In this document: positions 1 through 9,272 of the stretch, in pieces
Position numbering within the stretch: the first letter of the stretch is position 1
Layout: every line of letters begins with the position of its first letter
Sequence record: NC_041878.1
Strand: one strand, 5' to 3'
Length of the DNA: 64,000 nucleotides
The notes under the pieces: model-generated
Told to the model about the DNA's origin: nothing
Seen by the model: only the letters and a program-made list of their open reading frames with translations
Database searches by the model: none
Made by a program: the position numbers and the translations under genes

Positions 1-177
1 GATGATTTTGAATTTGATGCAGGTGAAGAAGAAGATTCTGAGGAACCTGAAGAAGAATTAGAAGAAGAATATGGTGCTGAAGGTATGGGGCCATCTTTTG
101 ATGCAGACGGTACGCAAAACTATGAGAATCCACAAGGTTCATCATATCCTGAACAGAAAGGTTTTGTGGGAATCTAA
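1..177 (+). CDS. 3' end of an acidic hypothetical protein (truncated by window edge)
   Basis: Frame 1 is open from base 1 to TAA at 175-177: DDFEFDAGEEEDSEEPEEELEEEYG...FVGI*. Not in the ORF track. Confidence 0.75.
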   Translation, partial: DDFEFDAGEEEDSEEPEEELEEEYGAEGMGPSFDADGTQNYENPQGSSYPEQKGFVGI

Positions 178-180
178 CTT

Positions 181-555
181 ATGATACCAAAAACCAACAG
201 TACTGAATATCAATACCAGGTTTTAAAATCCATCAGAGAAGTTCATGAATTCGATTCTGAACTCTCTGATAAAATGATTTTAATGTCTATTTTTGATAAT
301 TACAGAACTGGTGGTGGTCTAAGATTGAGTGAGTTGGGGTATCAAATTTGTAACGACAATTCTTTATACGAGTTTCTACCAGTACCGATTAAAAAATCGG
401 ATCGCAATTCAAACGTTTATACATCATTAGACCGAATTTGCACCACTCCATACTATGTTCGTGGAGATACTTTGTACTTATCAGATGATTTAGTAATCGC
501 ACAACTTACGTTTTGTTGCGATGACTTTGCTAAATTGTTTGCTGCATTTTTGTGA
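181..555 (+). CDS. hypothetical protein, 124 aa
   Basis: ORF starts 3 nt after the upstream stop; codon usage matches neighbouring genes. Confidence 0.8.
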   Translation: MIPKTNSTEYQYQVLKSIREVHEFDSELSDKMILMSIFDNYRTGGGLRLSELGYQICNDNSLYEFLPVPIKKSDRNSNVYTSLDRICTTPYYVRGDTLYLSDDLVIAQLTFCCDDFAKLFAAFL

Positions 556-581
556 AACGTCTAAAAAAATTGTGGTATAAT
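553..581 (+). promoter_or_regulatory. early/middle-type promoter TGAAACGT-N10-TGTGGTATAAT
   Basis: One of 7 copies with identical spacing; lies upstream of the MoxR AAA gene. Confidence 0.8.
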
Positions 582-610
582 AGCATTGTTAATAGATAAA
601 TGGATACATT

Positions 611-643
611 AAAAGCACTGAAAACTCAGTGCTTTTCTTTTTA
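611..643 (+). terminator. intrinsic terminator-like hairpin in the AAA gene leader
   Basis: AAAAGCACTG-aaaact-CAGTGCTTTT followed by ctttttat. Confidence 0.7.
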
Positions 644-692
644 TCAAATGGATTTGAGTAGTTCAATTATAACTAAGGTGTAAAAGAGAAGT

Positions 693-2036
693 ATGAGTGA
701 CGCAATCAAAGAAGTACCAACAAATATTCTAAGCTATGATCTAAAACCTGCTCAAGTTGTAGAAGCAATGTCTGTGGCTGATGAAGTACATGATAGCTTA
801 ATGATTTGGGGTTCTCCTGGTATCGGTAAATCCGCAATCGCATTGCAATATGCAAATGAAAATTATCCTCTCCTAAAAAATAATAAAGGCAAACTACATT
901 ATCTTCTTCAACGTGCCGAAGATCCAGAAGATACATTAGTTACCATGCAAGATTATCATGATTTTAAAGATTCACTATTAGATCAAGAAACAAACTTTAT
1001 TGATTTTCGTTTATCACAAATCGAACCATCAGATCTTCGTGGTATTCCAATTCCAGTAAAAATGTATTATGATGCAAATGGAAAACAAATCCGTGAATCC
1101 GAAATTAGTCTCCACCCTGACTATGTTGAAGAAACTGGAGTTGTATGGGCTTCACCAAGTATTCTCAAATTACCTAAAGATTGGAAAGGCGTAATTCTGT
1201 TTGACGAAATCAACTCTGCAATGCCAATTGTTCAGGCAGCATCTTATCAGTTGATTCTAGATCGCCGTGTTGGTGAACTAGTACTACCAGAAAACGCACT
1301 AATTCTTGCAGCAGGTAACCGTGAAACTGATGGTGGTGTAACGTTTAGTCTAGCAACCCCACTTCGTGACCGCATGACTCACATTGAAATGATTCCAGAT
1401 TATAATGATTGGATTGAAAATTATGCAATTCCAAATATGCTAAATCCTGGTACGATTGCATTTATCAAACAAACTGGTTCGCGTCTATTCAATACACTAA
1501 GTCCTAAAGACCCAAGTCATTCCGGTGGTTCATCACCTCGTTCATGGACACGTGTATCAGATATTGAAAATGTTCGTAAACGTAAAAATACTTCTTCAGC
1601 AGTTTATAAAGCACTAATTGCTGGACGTGTGGGAAGTACTGCTGGTATTGAATATACTACTTATATTGAAAATATGGCTTCACTACCTGATGTGATGGAT
1701 ATTCTAGAAGGTACTGTTACTGATTTTGGTGAACATAAACAAGAAGTTTCAAAAAACTACTTTATTACAATCAGTCTTACACAAAAAATTATCGAATTTG
1801 GTCGTGCTCGTAATGAACGTAAAGAAGTTCCAGATGAAGATTGGGCTAGGTATGTTACTAACTTTATCAAGTTCATTGATAAAGAATTTTCTAAAGACCA
1901 AACCGAACTGATCATTTACTCAATTCGTACAATTACTGATGCTGAAATAAATATCACCTATAATGATGTTCCTGCATTCAAAGACTTTGTACGTAAGTAC
2001 GGTCCATTTATCCGTAAAGCACGTAGTATGAAGTGA
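693..2036 (+). CDS. MoxR-like AAA+ ATPase
   Basis: Walker A GSPGIGKS, Walker B ILFDEIN, sensor AAGNR, LRDR arginine finger, SPRSW sensor-2 motif; adjacent to a VWA gene. Confidence 0.9.
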   Translation: MSDAIKEVPTNILSYDLKPAQVVEAMSVADEVHDSLMIWGSPGIGKSAIALQYANENYPLLKNNKGKLHYLLQRAEDPEDTLVTMQDYHDFKDSLLDQETNFIDFRLSQIEPSDLRGIPIPVKMYYDANGKQIRESEISLHPDYVEETGVVWASPSILKLPKDWKGVILFDEINSAMPIVQAASYQLILDRRVGELVLPENALILAAGNRETDGGVTFSLATPLRDRMTHIEMIPDYNDWIENYAIPNMLNPGTIAFIKQTGSRLFNTLSPKDPSHSGGSSPRSWTRVSDIENVRKRKNTSSAVYKALIAGRVGSTAGIEYTTYIENMASLPDVMDILEGTVTDFGEHKQEVSKNYFITISLTQKIIEFGRARNERKEVPDEDWARYVTNFIKFIDKEFSKDQTELIIYSIRTITDAEINITYNDVPAFKDFVRKYGPFIRKARSMK

Positions 2037-2040
2037 TTTT

Positions 2041-2066
2041 AAGGGGCATTATGCCCCTTTTGTTTT
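2041..2066 (+). terminator. terminator-like hairpin between the AAA and VWA genes
   Basis: AAGGGGCAT-t-ATGCCCCTT followed by ttgtttt. Confidence 0.65.
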
Positions 2067-2077
2067 ATGAGGAAGTT

Positions 2078-3430
2078 ATGTCAACTAAACCAAAACGTGT
2101 TAAATATGAAATTCCACAAGATGTTATGGATTCATGTTATGAACGTATTATTATTGCTCGTACCAGTATGGTAATGGCATGTCCATTCTTTGGAATTCTC
2201 GCTGCACAACTTAAATTAGTACCTAATAATACTTGGTGCAGTACTCTTGCAGTTGATGGTAAACATTTGTATTATAATGTTGAGTTTATTGAGGGAATAA
2301 AAGACCCTGTTCGAAAAGCTGAATACGAAGCCAAGTTACGAGAAAGCATTGATGACTTGACTGAAGAACAAATTCATGATGCATTAAATGGATTATCTCA
2401 ACAAAACCTAATTGCAGCAATTTGTCACGAAATTCTTCACTGTGCGTATAATCATTTCCTACGTAAAGGTACACGTGACCGTAAAATTTGGAACAAAGCC
2501 GCTGATTATGCAATTAATCAGATTATTAAACGCAATAGTAAAATGGGTGAAATCCGCAAAACATGGTTGTACCATGAAATGTTTGAAAACATGGCTGCGG
2601 AAGAAATTTATAATATTTTGATTCAAATGGAAGGTGATGGTAGTGGAAGTGGTGGTTCTGGAAATTCACCAAAAGGTGGAACATTAGATCATCATGACTT
2701 ACCACAACAAAGCCAAGATGGTGACGAAGATACTGATGAGGAATTTCCAGATTATTCACAAGAAGAACTTGAAGAATTTATGGAATCCTTTAAGGATGCA
2801 ATGATCAGTGCAGCAATGGCTGACGGTGCTCCACCAGAAATTCGTGCAATGGTTCAGGATTATAAAGAACCAAAAATTGATTGGCGTTCTAAATTGAACC
2901 GAACTCTACGTTCATTAATTAAAAATGATGTAACGTATATGAGTCCATCTCGTCGTTCATGGTCGAATGGTATTGGATATGGTATGCCAATTTATCCAGG
3001 ATTAAAACCTGATTTAGACATTGATATTTGCGTAGCACTAGATGCTTCTGGAAGTATCAGTACTGAAATGTTACGTGATTTCCTTTCTGAAGTATATGGA
3101 ATTACTCAACAATTCAGTCAATTTAAATTACGTATTCTTACTTTTGATACCAGTGTCTATGAAGTTCATGATTATGTAAACGGTCAAGAGCAACAGATCC
3201 TAAACTATCCGGTAAAAGGTGGTGGCGGTACTTTGTTTACGGCAGTTTGGGATTTCATGAAAGAAGATGATTACTGTCCTAAACAGTTGGTTATGTTTAC
3301 TGACGGGGAGCCGTGGGGTTCATGGGGTGATAAAGACTACTGTGAAACTTTATTCGTCGTGCATTCAAATCCAAAAGTAGAAGCACCATTTGGTGTTACT
3401 GTTCATTACGAACTCGAAGGTAAAAAATAG
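2078..3430 (+). CDS. HExxH metallopeptidase-like plus VWA domain protein (DUF2201-type MoxR partner)
   Basis: CHEILH motif, MIDAS LDASGS, GGGGT and FTDG. Start moved from 2033 to ATG 2078, which follows a gagga RBS. Confidence 0.85.
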   Translation: MSTKPKRVKYEIPQDVMDSCYERIIIARTSMVMACPFFGILAAQLKLVPNNTWCSTLAVDGKHLYYNVEFIEGIKDPVRKAEYEAKLRESIDDLTEEQIHDALNGLSQQNLIAAICHEILHCAYNHFLRKGTRDRKIWNKAADYAINQIIKRNSKMGEIRKTWLYHEMFENMAAEEIYNILIQMEGDGSGSGGSGNSPKGGTLDHHDLPQQSQDGDEDTDEEFPDYSQEELEEFMESFKDAMISAAMADGAPPEIRAMVQDYKEPKIDWRSKLNRTLRSLIKNDVTYMSPSRRSWSNGIGYGMPIYPGLKPDLDIDICVALDASGSISTEMLRDFLSEVYGITQQFSQFKLRILTFDTSVYEVHDYVNGQEQQILNYPVKGGGGTLFTAVWDFMKEDDYCPKQLVMFTDGEPWGSWGDKDYCETLFVVHSNPKVEAPFGVTVHYELEGKK

Positions 3431-3474
3431 TAATACTAAATAGAAGGTCGTTATGGATAACGACCTAATTTTTA

Positions 3475-3503
3475 TGAAACGTACCAAAATTTTATGGTAT
3501 AAT
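3475..3503 (+). promoter_or_regulatory. early/middle-type promoter TGAAACGT-N10-TATGGTATAAT
   Basis: Matches the 7-copy consensus; preceded by hairpin aggtcgttat-gg-ataacgacct (~3445-3466). Confidence 0.8.
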
Positions 3504-3538
3504 ATAGTTAATTTCAAAAAATACATGGAGTGTATATA

Positions 3539-3775
3539 ATGAGTGAACAAATTCAAGATCAAGAAACCGTAGTTGGACCACAACTAGAATTCATTGATAT
3601 TATCAATGCAACTAAAATCATGGAAGCTGCTATTGAACGTGGTGTTTTCAACGTTAAAGAACTAGCAGAAGTTGCTCCAATCGTTTCCCGTTTCCAAGAT
3701 TTCTCTGCTGCAATTCTCGCAGACCAAGAAGCTCGTCAAGCTGAATTCGAAGCTAACCAAGCAGAAGGTGAATAA
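3539..3775 (+). CDS. small hypothetical protein
   Basis: ggag RBS before ATG 3539; first gene after the promoter. Confidence 0.8.
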   Translation: MSEQIQDQETVVGPQLEFIDIINATKIMEAAIERGVFNVKELAEVAPIVSRFQDFSAAILADQEARQAEFEANQAEGE

Positions 3776-3776
3776 T

Positions 3777-4469
3777 ATGAGTATTGTTCGTCACTGTGGT
3801 GTTGTTCGTAGTACTGGTTCTCGCGTATTTGTAGTATGGCGACAACTTGAAAATGATCCTAATCATTGCCTAGTAGTATATCGTGATTCTCTACCTGAAG
3901 TTTATTCTAATCGTGTAGCAGAATTAGTTCTAGGTCGTGGTCAAAGCTCTATTGAACTTTGGGATGTGATGGATAAAATCGGAACCCTAGAAGGTGGAAA
4001 CATGCTTTCCGTACTTCACCGTATGGGTTATATCCGTAAACAAAATACTCTAGATATTGACATGCATGTTGGTGGAACTAACAAGATTCCTCTAAATGTT
4101 CTAAATGAAGAAATTAACCAATCCGCTGTAGTTCGTGACGGTACGGTTAAAGAGTTCAATCCATATGAACAAGCACAAAATGAAGTCAAATATCCAGAAC
4201 AAGATTCTATCGTAAGTCGTCTGCTAGAACAAGCAGAACAATACGAACAACTTGCTCGTGAAAACCGTGAACGTGCTTATAACCTAGACCCAAGTCTTCG
4301 TCCACAAGCACAAGTATTCGAAGAAAACTTTGTAATTCTACCAAGTGATTCTGCGGATCAACAATCAGAAGAATCAACCTCTCTATTTGTTGAACTTCCA
4401 GAAGGTATTTCACAAGCTAAAGCTGTAGAACTTGTCAAGAAAGCATTGAAAGAACGTAAAGGTGAATAA
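3777..4469 (+). CDS. hypothetical protein (~230 aa)
   Basis: ATG 3777 directly after the upstream TAA; the track start at 3672 overlaps the previous gene. Confidence 0.8.
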   Translation: MSIVRHCGVVRSTGSRVFVVWRQLENDPNHCLVVYRDSLPEVYSNRVAELVLGRGQSSIELWDVMDKIGTLEGGNMLSVLHRMGYIRKQNTLDIDMHVGGTNKIPLNVLNEEINQSAVVRDGTVKEFNPYEQAQNEVKYPEQDSIVSRLLEQAEQYEQLARENRERAYNLDPSLRPQAQVFEENFVILPSDSADQQSEESTSLFVELPEGISQAKAVELVKKALKERKGE

Positions 4470-4777
4470 TGTCAAAAGTAACTAGGGATATGATAATTCA
4501 ATTGATTATCGAAGAACGCTTGAATCAAATGAGCAACCCAAATACTTTAGCAGATCATCTCAAAACGAAAAATGATTGGACAGGTCTAGCAGGTTACTAT
4601 CTATTTGAAAGTGCATCTAGACCAGATAAACATGTATCGTTTGATGAGTTCAGACAATCACTAATTAAATCAGCAGCCGTTATCTTAGCGGCTCTTGAGA
4701 CAAGTTTCTCTTTAGAAGATGCAAGTATTAAAGACTTACTTTCTAAATTGGAAGAAAAAGAAGATGACTCGAACTGA
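4469..4777 (+). CDS. hypothetical protein, 102 aa
   Basis: TAATG stop/start overlap with the upstream gene. Confidence 0.75.
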   Translation: MSKVTRDMIIQLIIEERLNQMSNPNTLADHLKTKNDWTGLAGYYLFESASRPDKHVSFDEFRQSLIKSAAVILAALETSFSLEDASIKDLLSKLEEKEDDSN

Positions 4778-5351
4778 TCTCGCTGAGATGTTGTTAGAGT
4801 TGCAAAACGTATGTTTTAGTGGCGGTGCTGCGGGTGCAGACCGCCTTTTTGGTTTGTGGGCTTCAGAGAATGATCAAGATGAAATTCATTTTTCATTTAA
4901 AGGTCATAAAGCACATGTTAGACCTGAAACAGTACTAGAACTACCTTCTGAAATGCTAACATGCACAGAAGTAACAACGCAACTCAGAACTGCAAATAAA
5001 AGTCTAGGAAGAAGTGTTCCTAGATTTGGTTATGTTTATAATCTATTAGCTAGAAATAGCTATCAAATATATTGTACTGAACGTGTATATACCATTGGTG
5101 AACTTGTTTCTCCATCTCAATTAGATGGTGGTACTGCATGGGCGGTACAAATGTACTTAGATTTACCTGGTGATACTAAAGAAATATATCATTATGATAT
5201 TATAGATCATAAGGTTTATAAGTACTGTAATGAAACTAAGCAATTCGTTGAAACTGAAACTGTACCAAAACCACACGGACGATGGACAGGGATAGGAACT
5301 CGACGAGCAACGGAAGAAGACTTACGTAATTTTGAAAAGAAATTTGAGTAA
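4764..5351 (+). CDS. SLOG-superfamily (DprA/YpsA-like) nucleotide-binding protein
   Basis: SGGAAGAD glycine-rich loop, GGTAWAV and TGIGTR motifs. Likely start ATG 4764. Confidence 0.6.
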   Translation: MTRTDLAEMLLELQNVCFSGGAAGADRLFGLWASENDQDEIHFSFKGHKAHVRPETVLELPSEMLTCTEVTTQLRTANKSLGRSVPRFGYVYNLLARNSYQIYCTERVYTIGELVSPSQLDGGTAWAVQMYLDLPGDTKEIYHYDIIDHKVYKYCNETKQFVETETVPKPHGRWTGIGTRRATEEDLRNFEKKFE

Positions 5352-5357
5352 TTAAAT

Positions 5358-5687
5358 ATGTCAGAAGAATGCGAAGACGAATATGAACGTGGTTATGAAT
5401 GTGGGTTTGATGATGGCTATTCCGCAGGAGAACAAGCAACGATTAAACACTACGAAGATAAAATCGAAGATATTGATCGTGACCATGAAAAAGAATTAAA
5501 AAAATCACATCGAGAAGGTTATGAAGAAGCTGAAGACAAATACCTTCGTGAAATCGATAATATTACGGACAATGTAAGCACTCTGCTAGATAATTTAAAT
5601 TCAATTATTAAAGATTTGCGTAAACAAAATTATGATCTAAGGAAGGAAAATGCAGCAATTACACGATCTATACAAAAAAGTACTTGA
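5358..5687 (+). CDS. acidic hypothetical protein with GYxxG repeats and a coiled-coil C-terminus
   Basis: YERGYECGFDDGYSAG ... EGYEEA. Confidence 0.7.
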   Translation: MSEECEDEYERGYECGFDDGYSAGEQATIKHYEDKIEDIDRDHEKELKKSHREGYEEAEDKYLREIDNITDNVSTLLDNLNSIIKDLRKQNYDLRKENAAITRSIQKST

Positions 5688-6579
5688 AGAAGGTGTACAT
5701 AGCGATGACCGTACAGGTGTCGGTACAATAAAACTTGTAGGTGAAACGATGCGTTTCAATCTACAAGAAGGTTTTCCAGCTACGACAACTAAGCGTTTAG
5801 CATGGAAAGCAATGGCCTCTGAACTATTATGGTTCGTTGAAGGTTCTCATGATGAACGTCGCCTTGCAGAAATACTTTATGGTACTCGTGATTGGGATAA
5901 GAAAACTATTTGGACTGCAAACTATGAAAATCAAGGTGTAGCACTAGGATATTCAAATGGTGAACTTGGGCCAGTATATGGTAAACAATGGCGTGAATGG
6001 GATGACACTGTTATTTCCAATGATCCAGTTGAAATTGAAACACTAAAAGCACGTGGGTATCATGTTGTGGATAGTACTTTCTTCCACGGTGTAATTCTAA
6101 AAAGAACTATTGACCAGCTTGAAGTACTTATTGATGGATTGAAAAATAATCCTGATTCTCGTCGTCATATTATGACTGCGTGGAACGTTGGTGAACTTGA
6201 TAAGATGACTTTACCACCATGTCATTGCTTTAGTCAATTCTTTGTAAATGATGGAAAACTATCATGTATCCTTTATCAACGTAGTTGTGACTTATTCTTA
6301 GGAGTTCCATTCAATATTGCATCATATTCACTACTAACTCATATGTTAGCACAAGTATGTGGATTAGAAGTTGGTGAGTTTGTTTGGATGGGTGGTGATG
6401 TACACATTTATAAAAACCACGTTGATGCAGTACAAGAACAACTTGCTCGTGAACCTAAAGAATTACCTACACTTTGGATTGACACTAGTATTACTAATAT
6501 TGAAGATTTCACAATGGATTCTTTCAGATTAGAAAACTATAATCCAGATGCTACAATTAAAGCACCAATGGCGGTGTAA
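5650..6579 (+). CDS. thyA: thymidylate synthase (ThyA type)
   Basis: DRTGVGT, LGPVYGKQWR, catalytic LPPCH, QRSCDLFLGVPFNIASY, GDVHIY. Confidence 0.97.
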   Translation: MQQLHDLYKKVLEEGVHSDDRTGVGTIKLVGETMRFNLQEGFPATTTKRLAWKAMASELLWFVEGSHDERRLAEILYGTRDWDKKTIWTANYENQGVALGYSNGELGPVYGKQWREWDDTVISNDPVEIETLKARGYHVVDSTFFHGVILKRTIDQLEVLIDGLKNNPDSRRHIMTAWNVGELDKMTLPPCHCFSQFFVNDGKLSCILYQRSCDLFLGVPFNIASYSLLTHMLAQVCGLEVGEFVWMGGDVHIYKNHVDAVQEQLAREPKELPTLWIDTSITNIEDFTMDSFRLENYNPDATIKAPMAV

Positions 6580-6583
6580 AAAG

Positions 6584-6609
6584 AAAGGGAGCAAAAGCTC
6601 CCTTTTTTT
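6584..6609. terminator. bidirectional terminator between convergent genes
   Basis: AAAGGGAGC-aaaa-GCTCCCTTT with flanking A/T tracts. Confidence 0.85.
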
Positions 6610-6610
6610 G

Positions 6611-8533
6611 TTATTGATATTGTACAATCACACGACCGTTAAAACGTAAATCAGGAGAAGCAGGTACAGAAATTACTGCGTTCGTTGGAGAAATTACGAT
6701 GCTATCAACTTCAACTGGAATATAGTTAGAACCACTTAGTTCTTGAACTGCTACTTGTTGAATGTTAGCATTAGTTACAGTATATGTATAATAGGAACCA
6801 TTTAGTACCCAATTCGCAATAGCAAATGTTGTTGCAACACCACCACCGGAACCGACAGTCGTCCATGTTCCATTTGATTTTTGAACTACAGTATTTCGTT
6901 GAGTACTGTAAGCAATCATACCATTCACACCAACAGAATCATCAATTGGATTTAGTACTGGTAATTGAATACCATAACGGTTAAATCTAGTACGAATAGT
7001 AGAACCATCATAGATAGTAACATCATTAAAGTTCGTCATGTTAAAACGTAACTCAGATGCATCTTTAGTAATAGTTGCAGTATTAGTACCTTCAAATGAT
7101 AGAGTTGAACCTGAACTGAATACAGCCCCTAATGCAAATCGGTTAGTAGCATTGTTGAATAATGTAGTTCCAGTAAAAGTACTAGCAGCATTAACCGTTA
7201 AAGTATCAGTTCCAGCATCACCTAGAATAGTATTGCCATTTACAGTATGATTTCCAGAAACAATAACACTTCCATTAAACGTACTTAGTTGATCTGCAAA
7301 TTTAACTTGCTCAGCATTTTTAACACTAAAACTTAATGTATTATTAATTCCGCTAATTCCAGGGTTATTTGTATTTGTTGATGAATTAAATTGCAACGCT
7401 GGATTAGAACCTACTAAAATACCAGTTTGATATAAAGTTACTTTTGTATTCTCGATTCTTAATTTTTCAATACCAGATGATGAAAATCCAATGCTTCCAG
7501 TTCCAGGATGGAAAATACCAGTACTTGTATCAGACCACAACGAAGGGTTCACACCCGGATCAGTTGCGGGATCAAATGACTTGTTATTAAACGCAATAGC
7601 AGGGGCTGTGGCAGTACCATATGTTACCCCTAGTCTTCCTGCACCTTGTGTACCATCGTTGTACATGGTGTCACCTGTGCGGCGTAAACCCTGTAATAGA
7701 AGGCTATCTATGATAGTTTGTACTGTACCTGAAGTACCGTTAAAACTACGATTTGAAGACGCTAAGAATGTGCGATCAAAAGAAACTGCACCTGCACTAA
7801 TACTAATACGACTTTGACGAAGACGAACGTTTTTAGTACTATCAGAGATTACCCAATCACCATCAGTCAAACCTAGTTCAGAAGTCTTATCTACAGTTGA
7901 AGTAAATGCAGCAGTTAAATTTGGATCAGTAGCTAATGATACTAAACCTTCGTGACCAGTACTAGGAATAGAAGCAGTAACAATACGTCCAAATGCGGCA
8001 ACTACAATTTTATTTGCAGTATTTGTTGGGTCTGTATCAATATAATATTTGATTTGAATCCAGTTACCCTGACCACTTGGGTTAGTTGGAGTGAATGTCA
8101 CGGTTGCAGTTGTTGGATTATTAGCTCTAAAGTGTGCAACAGCAGCATCATATAATCCACGGATAATATAGTACTGTCCTGAGTTTGCAGATGTTGCGGC
8201 TGGTAGTTTTGCGTAAGTTGCATCAACTGGTGGATCAATATCATCAGAGATTGGTGAATAAGTACCAATCCATTGCATACCACTTGTAACGGTATCTGGT
8301 AATTGTGAAGTTTGTAGTTGACCATTGTCATCAAGTTGTGCAAAACGTCTGTAGCTTAGGCTACCATCAGAAAATTCTAATACACCTTCAAATGCTTTCC
8401 ATTCTGAGTTGTAGCGAATCATACCTGCACGTTCAGCGTAGGTTGTTTGTTTGGTAGGAGCTTTAGGTAATTCTAAAAAGTAAGTACTATTAATAATTAC
8501 ACCTTCAGCACCTTTTATAGTAGAAGCACTCAT
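6611..8533 (-). CDS. virion structural/fibre-like protein, 640 aa
   Basis: T/S/G/N-rich, predicted beta-rich; late promoter at 8565-8572; shares the GD.GTDTLTVNA.STF module with the 1553-aa fibre. Confidence 0.7.
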   Translation of the reverse strand: MSASTIKGAEGVIINSTYFLELPKAPTKQTTYAERAGMIRYNSEWKAFEGVLEFSDGSLSYRRFAQLDDNGQLQTSQLPDTVTSGMQWIGTYSPISDDIDPPVDATYAKLPAATSANSGQYYIIRGLYDAAVAHFRANNPTTATVTFTPTNPSGQGNWIQIKYYIDTDPTNTANKIVVAAFGRIVTASIPSTGHEGLVSLATDPNLTAAFTSTVDKTSELGLTDGDWVISDSTKNVRLRQSRISISAGAVSFDRTFLASSNRSFNGTSGTVQTIIDSLLLQGLRRTGDTMYNDGTQGAGRLGVTYGTATAPAIAFNNKSFDPATDPGVNPSLWSDTSTGIFHPGTGSIGFSSSGIEKLRIENTKVTLYQTGILVGSNPALQFNSSTNTNNPGISGINNTLSFSVKNAEQVKFADQLSTFNGSVIVSGNHTVNGNTILGDAGTDTLTVNAASTFTGTTLFNNATNRFALGAVFSSGSTLSFEGTNTATITKDASELRFNMTNFNDVTIYDGSTIRTRFNRYGIQLPVLNPIDDSVGVNGMIAYSTQRNTVVQKSNGTWTTVGSGGGVATTFAIANWVLNGSYYTYTVTNANIQQVAVQELSGSNYIPVEVDSIVISPTNAVISVPASPDLRFNGRVIVQYQ

Positions 8534-8588
8534 TAAAAATTCCTCAGATAAAGGTTATATCCAGTATTTATTCAGTACTACAAAAAAC

Positions 8589-8614
8589 AAAAGGCCAACA
8601 TAAGTTGACCTTTT
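8589..8614 (-). terminator. terminator after the DUF4376-like gene
   Basis: AAAAGGCCAAC-ataa-GTTGACCTTTT. Confidence 0.65.
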
Positions 8615-8620
8615 AATTTA

Positions 8621-9259
8621 TTATAGAGCTTCGCCTTTCCAGTTAGCAGCAGCACGAATATCTTCGTATGTTTCTGCGGCATCGATAGCGGCTTTAACGT
8701 TACGTGCTTCGATGAACAATTCACGTGTAAAGTCAGCTAATGCTTTAACGAAAAGTTTAAATGTTGCCAAATCCATTGGGATTTGTTCATTATCTACGGT
8801 ATCCCAAACTAAATCTGATGGGAAATCTGCTTCATTAATTAGAGCAGTCATCATGATTAGTTGTATATTGCTGCGATTAGAAACGCCAGAGAAGAAAGTT
8901 TTACCCTGGAATTCGAATCCAGCGAAATACAAAGTATCTCGCTTAGAATCGACCCGACCTTTAAGGTCGGATCTAATATCAGCTAAAGGCATTAACTCAT
9001 AGATGTAAGTATTAGTTACTTCGGCGTTTTCTTCACTAAAATCAACAGTTTTCTCTTTGAAGACCATGAACTCACCTGTGTTTTCATAAACATCTTTTTG
9101 AGTCCAGAAACCTTCATCTCTGCGAGTATCCAAGTCAAGCTTGGATATATCGCCATAAGTATTTCCTGTTTTATTCCCAACTACGTTAATTGGGTAAGTG
9201 ATTGTTTTTAGAATTTTCCAATCACCGTTTGCATCTTTTACTACTGATAAGTAAATCAT
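8621..9259 (-). CDS. DUF4376-like tail-fibre-associated/assembly protein
   Basis: W.T.DN..IPM ... AR.VK.AIDAA.T pattern; directly downstream of the long fibre gene. Confidence 0.65.
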   Translation of the reverse strand: MIYLSVVKDANGDWKILKTITYPINVVGNKTGNTYGDISKLDLDTRRDEGFWTQKDVYENTGEFMVFKEKTVDFSEENAEVTNTYIYELMPLADIRSDLKGRVDSKRDTLYFAGFEFQGKTFFSGVSNRSNIQLIMMTALINEADFPSDLVWDTVDNEQIPMDLATFKLFVKALADFTRELFIEARNVKAAIDAAETYEDIRAAANWKGEAL

Positions 9260-9272
9260 CCTTTATCTCCTA

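Noticed and set aside
5358-5687. Flagellar FliH-like protein because of the GxxxG repeats
   Set aside because: Similarity is limited to low-complexity repeats, with no FliH C-terminal domain or flagellar context.
5650-6579. dCMP hydroxymethylase / modified-base pathway
   Set aside because: The enzyme keeps the dUMP-specifying Asn (PFNIASY) and canonical ThyA motifs; no glycosyltransferase or other modification gene is seen in the window.
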